In this document: positions 31,787-32,529 of the stretch, piece after piece
How the letters are laid out: each line of letters opens with the position of its first letter
Numbering within the stretch: the first letter of the stretch is position 1
Origin: a virus
Taxonomy: Duplodnaviria > Caudoviricetes
DNA: 32,529 nucleotides
Reading direction: 5' to 3' (one strand)
IMG/VR virus record: IMGVR_UViG_3300036985_007129
Coordinates: 1 to 32,529 of that record
Translations under genes and position numbers: made by a program
The notes under the pieces: model-generated
The model's database searches: none
What the model was told of the DNA's origin: nothing
Seen by the model: the letters and a program-made list of their open reading frames with translations, nothing else

Positions 31787-32065
31787 TCACCAAGATGGAT
31801 GTGATCCGAAGAAGTAGACGGTAGGAGTATTAGTAGTGATGCAACGGACTTCGAGGTCAGCAGACTCCATGACACCAAGTTCTTGATTGACTCCTGTGTC
31901 AATCGCATACTGGTTGTTGGTGTTTGACGGCTGACGCAGCATCACAGCATTCGATGAGTTCTGACAAACAACGCTGCGGTAGATTCCTGCAGCGTCATTC
32001 GGGAAAGCACGTTTCCATGCTCCTGCACTTGATTCGACTGCAACGGTGCTGAGATAGGCGGGCAT
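31787..32065 (-). CDS. Hypothetical protein
   Basis: 92-aa ORF, AAGGA RBS. Confidence 0.65.
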   Translation of the reverse strand: MPAYLSTVAVESSAGAWKRAFPNDAAGIYRSVVCQNSSNAVMLRQPSNTNNQYAIDTGVNQELGVMESADLEVRCITTNTPTVYFFGSHPSW

Positions 32066-32067
32066 GT

Positions 32068-32343
32068 TTATTCCTTTTTGCTTTGTCGTGTCTGTCCAAT
32101 GTCGTCGATGCCCGCACGTGCAAGCATCAGCGTCAACTCAATCACTCCGCGGCTGAGATGTTCAATCGTCTTCTCGAGCTGCACGAGTCTGAACGATGAT
32201 GAATCGGTCTCGCGTTTGATGTCCTGCTGCAATGCCTTGAGGTCTGAGCGCAGACCGTACACCTGACCGAGCAACCAGACAACCGCGCCGATTGAAGGGA
32301 TGAGCACAACGGAAACAATCTTCAGGACGTCTTCAACGCTCAA
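32068..32343 (-). CDS. Single-TM coiled-coil protein
   Basis: TTG at 32343 overlapping the resolvase stop; IVSVVLIPSIGAVVWLL followed by heptads. Confidence 0.65.
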   Translation of the reverse strand: MSVEDVLKIVSVVLIPSIGAVVWLLGQVYGLRSDLKALQQDIKRETDSSSFRLVQLEKTIEHLSRGVIELTLMLARAGIDDIGQTRQSKKE

Positions 32344-32529
32344 GGCTTCTCTCCGATGACGGCAATCTTCCCTGCCACGGTGCGCATGTCGGTCAGCCGC
32401 ACGAGGCAATACCAATCCGTGTCTCCGTCTTCGCGGAGCAGCACAACAGGGATTGCACCGGTCTTGGCGGCATCTTCCTCTGCCTGTTCATAGAACCGCA
32501 AGACGCCGATTGCTTTGCGCCCCTTGACC
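32340..32529 (-). CDS. Holliday junction resolvase-like gene, 3' part
   Basis: Same frame as 1..312 through the overlap; ends ...RLTDMRTVAGKIAVIGEKP*. Confidence 0.8.
   Translation of the reverse strand, partial: VKGRKAIGVLRFYEQAEEDAAKTGAIPVVLLREDGDTDWYCLVRLTDMRTVAGKIAVIGEKP
32376..32529. repeat. Terminal direct repeat, right copy
   Basis: Matches 1..154 (151/154). Confidence 0.97.

Noticed and set aside
1-32529. tRNA, rRNA, DGR, retron or integrase/att site
   Set aside because: No cloverleaf, reverse transcriptase, TR/VR pair or recombinase motifs seen by eye; tRNAscan and HMM searches would be needed to exclude them fully

Overview
This window looks like a complete, circularly permuted genome of a small tailed dsDNA phage: 32,375 bp unique, with a 154-bp terminal overlap that splits a Holliday-junction-resolvase gene. 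Nearly all genes are on the minus strand. Reading along that strand from 32343 down, the order is: holin/spanin-like lysis genes, LamG-like lectin, FkbM methyltransferase, ParB-like protein, C5-cytosine methyltransferase, terminases, an 1128-aa portal with a C-terminal ADP-ribosyltransferase, MuF, HK97-type protease and capsid, a glycosyltransferase, neck genes, tail tube, a frameshifted tail chaperone, a short tape measure and tail-tip genes. An early region (8180 to 539) follows with Bet recombinase, Gp157 and many small ORFs. I recognise no integrase, repressor, polymerase, endolysin, tRNA or CRISPR. The main leads are: (1) about 10 covarying 5-bp-stem/ACGRN-pentaloop hairpins, nine of them 13-17 nt upstream of early-gene start codons, in the same region as a divergent CsrA/RsmA-like gene; (2) a modular portal-ART polyprotein that shares a protein-level-conserved KDCGSGAGGFKPGNSC tag with MuF and has an A10 run just ahead of the toxin arm; (3) a three-copy non-coding element resembling strong gyrase sites. 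All family assignments come from motif recognition by eye, not from database searches. Host is probably a diderm (lipoprotein spanin, CsrA-like gene); this is inference.
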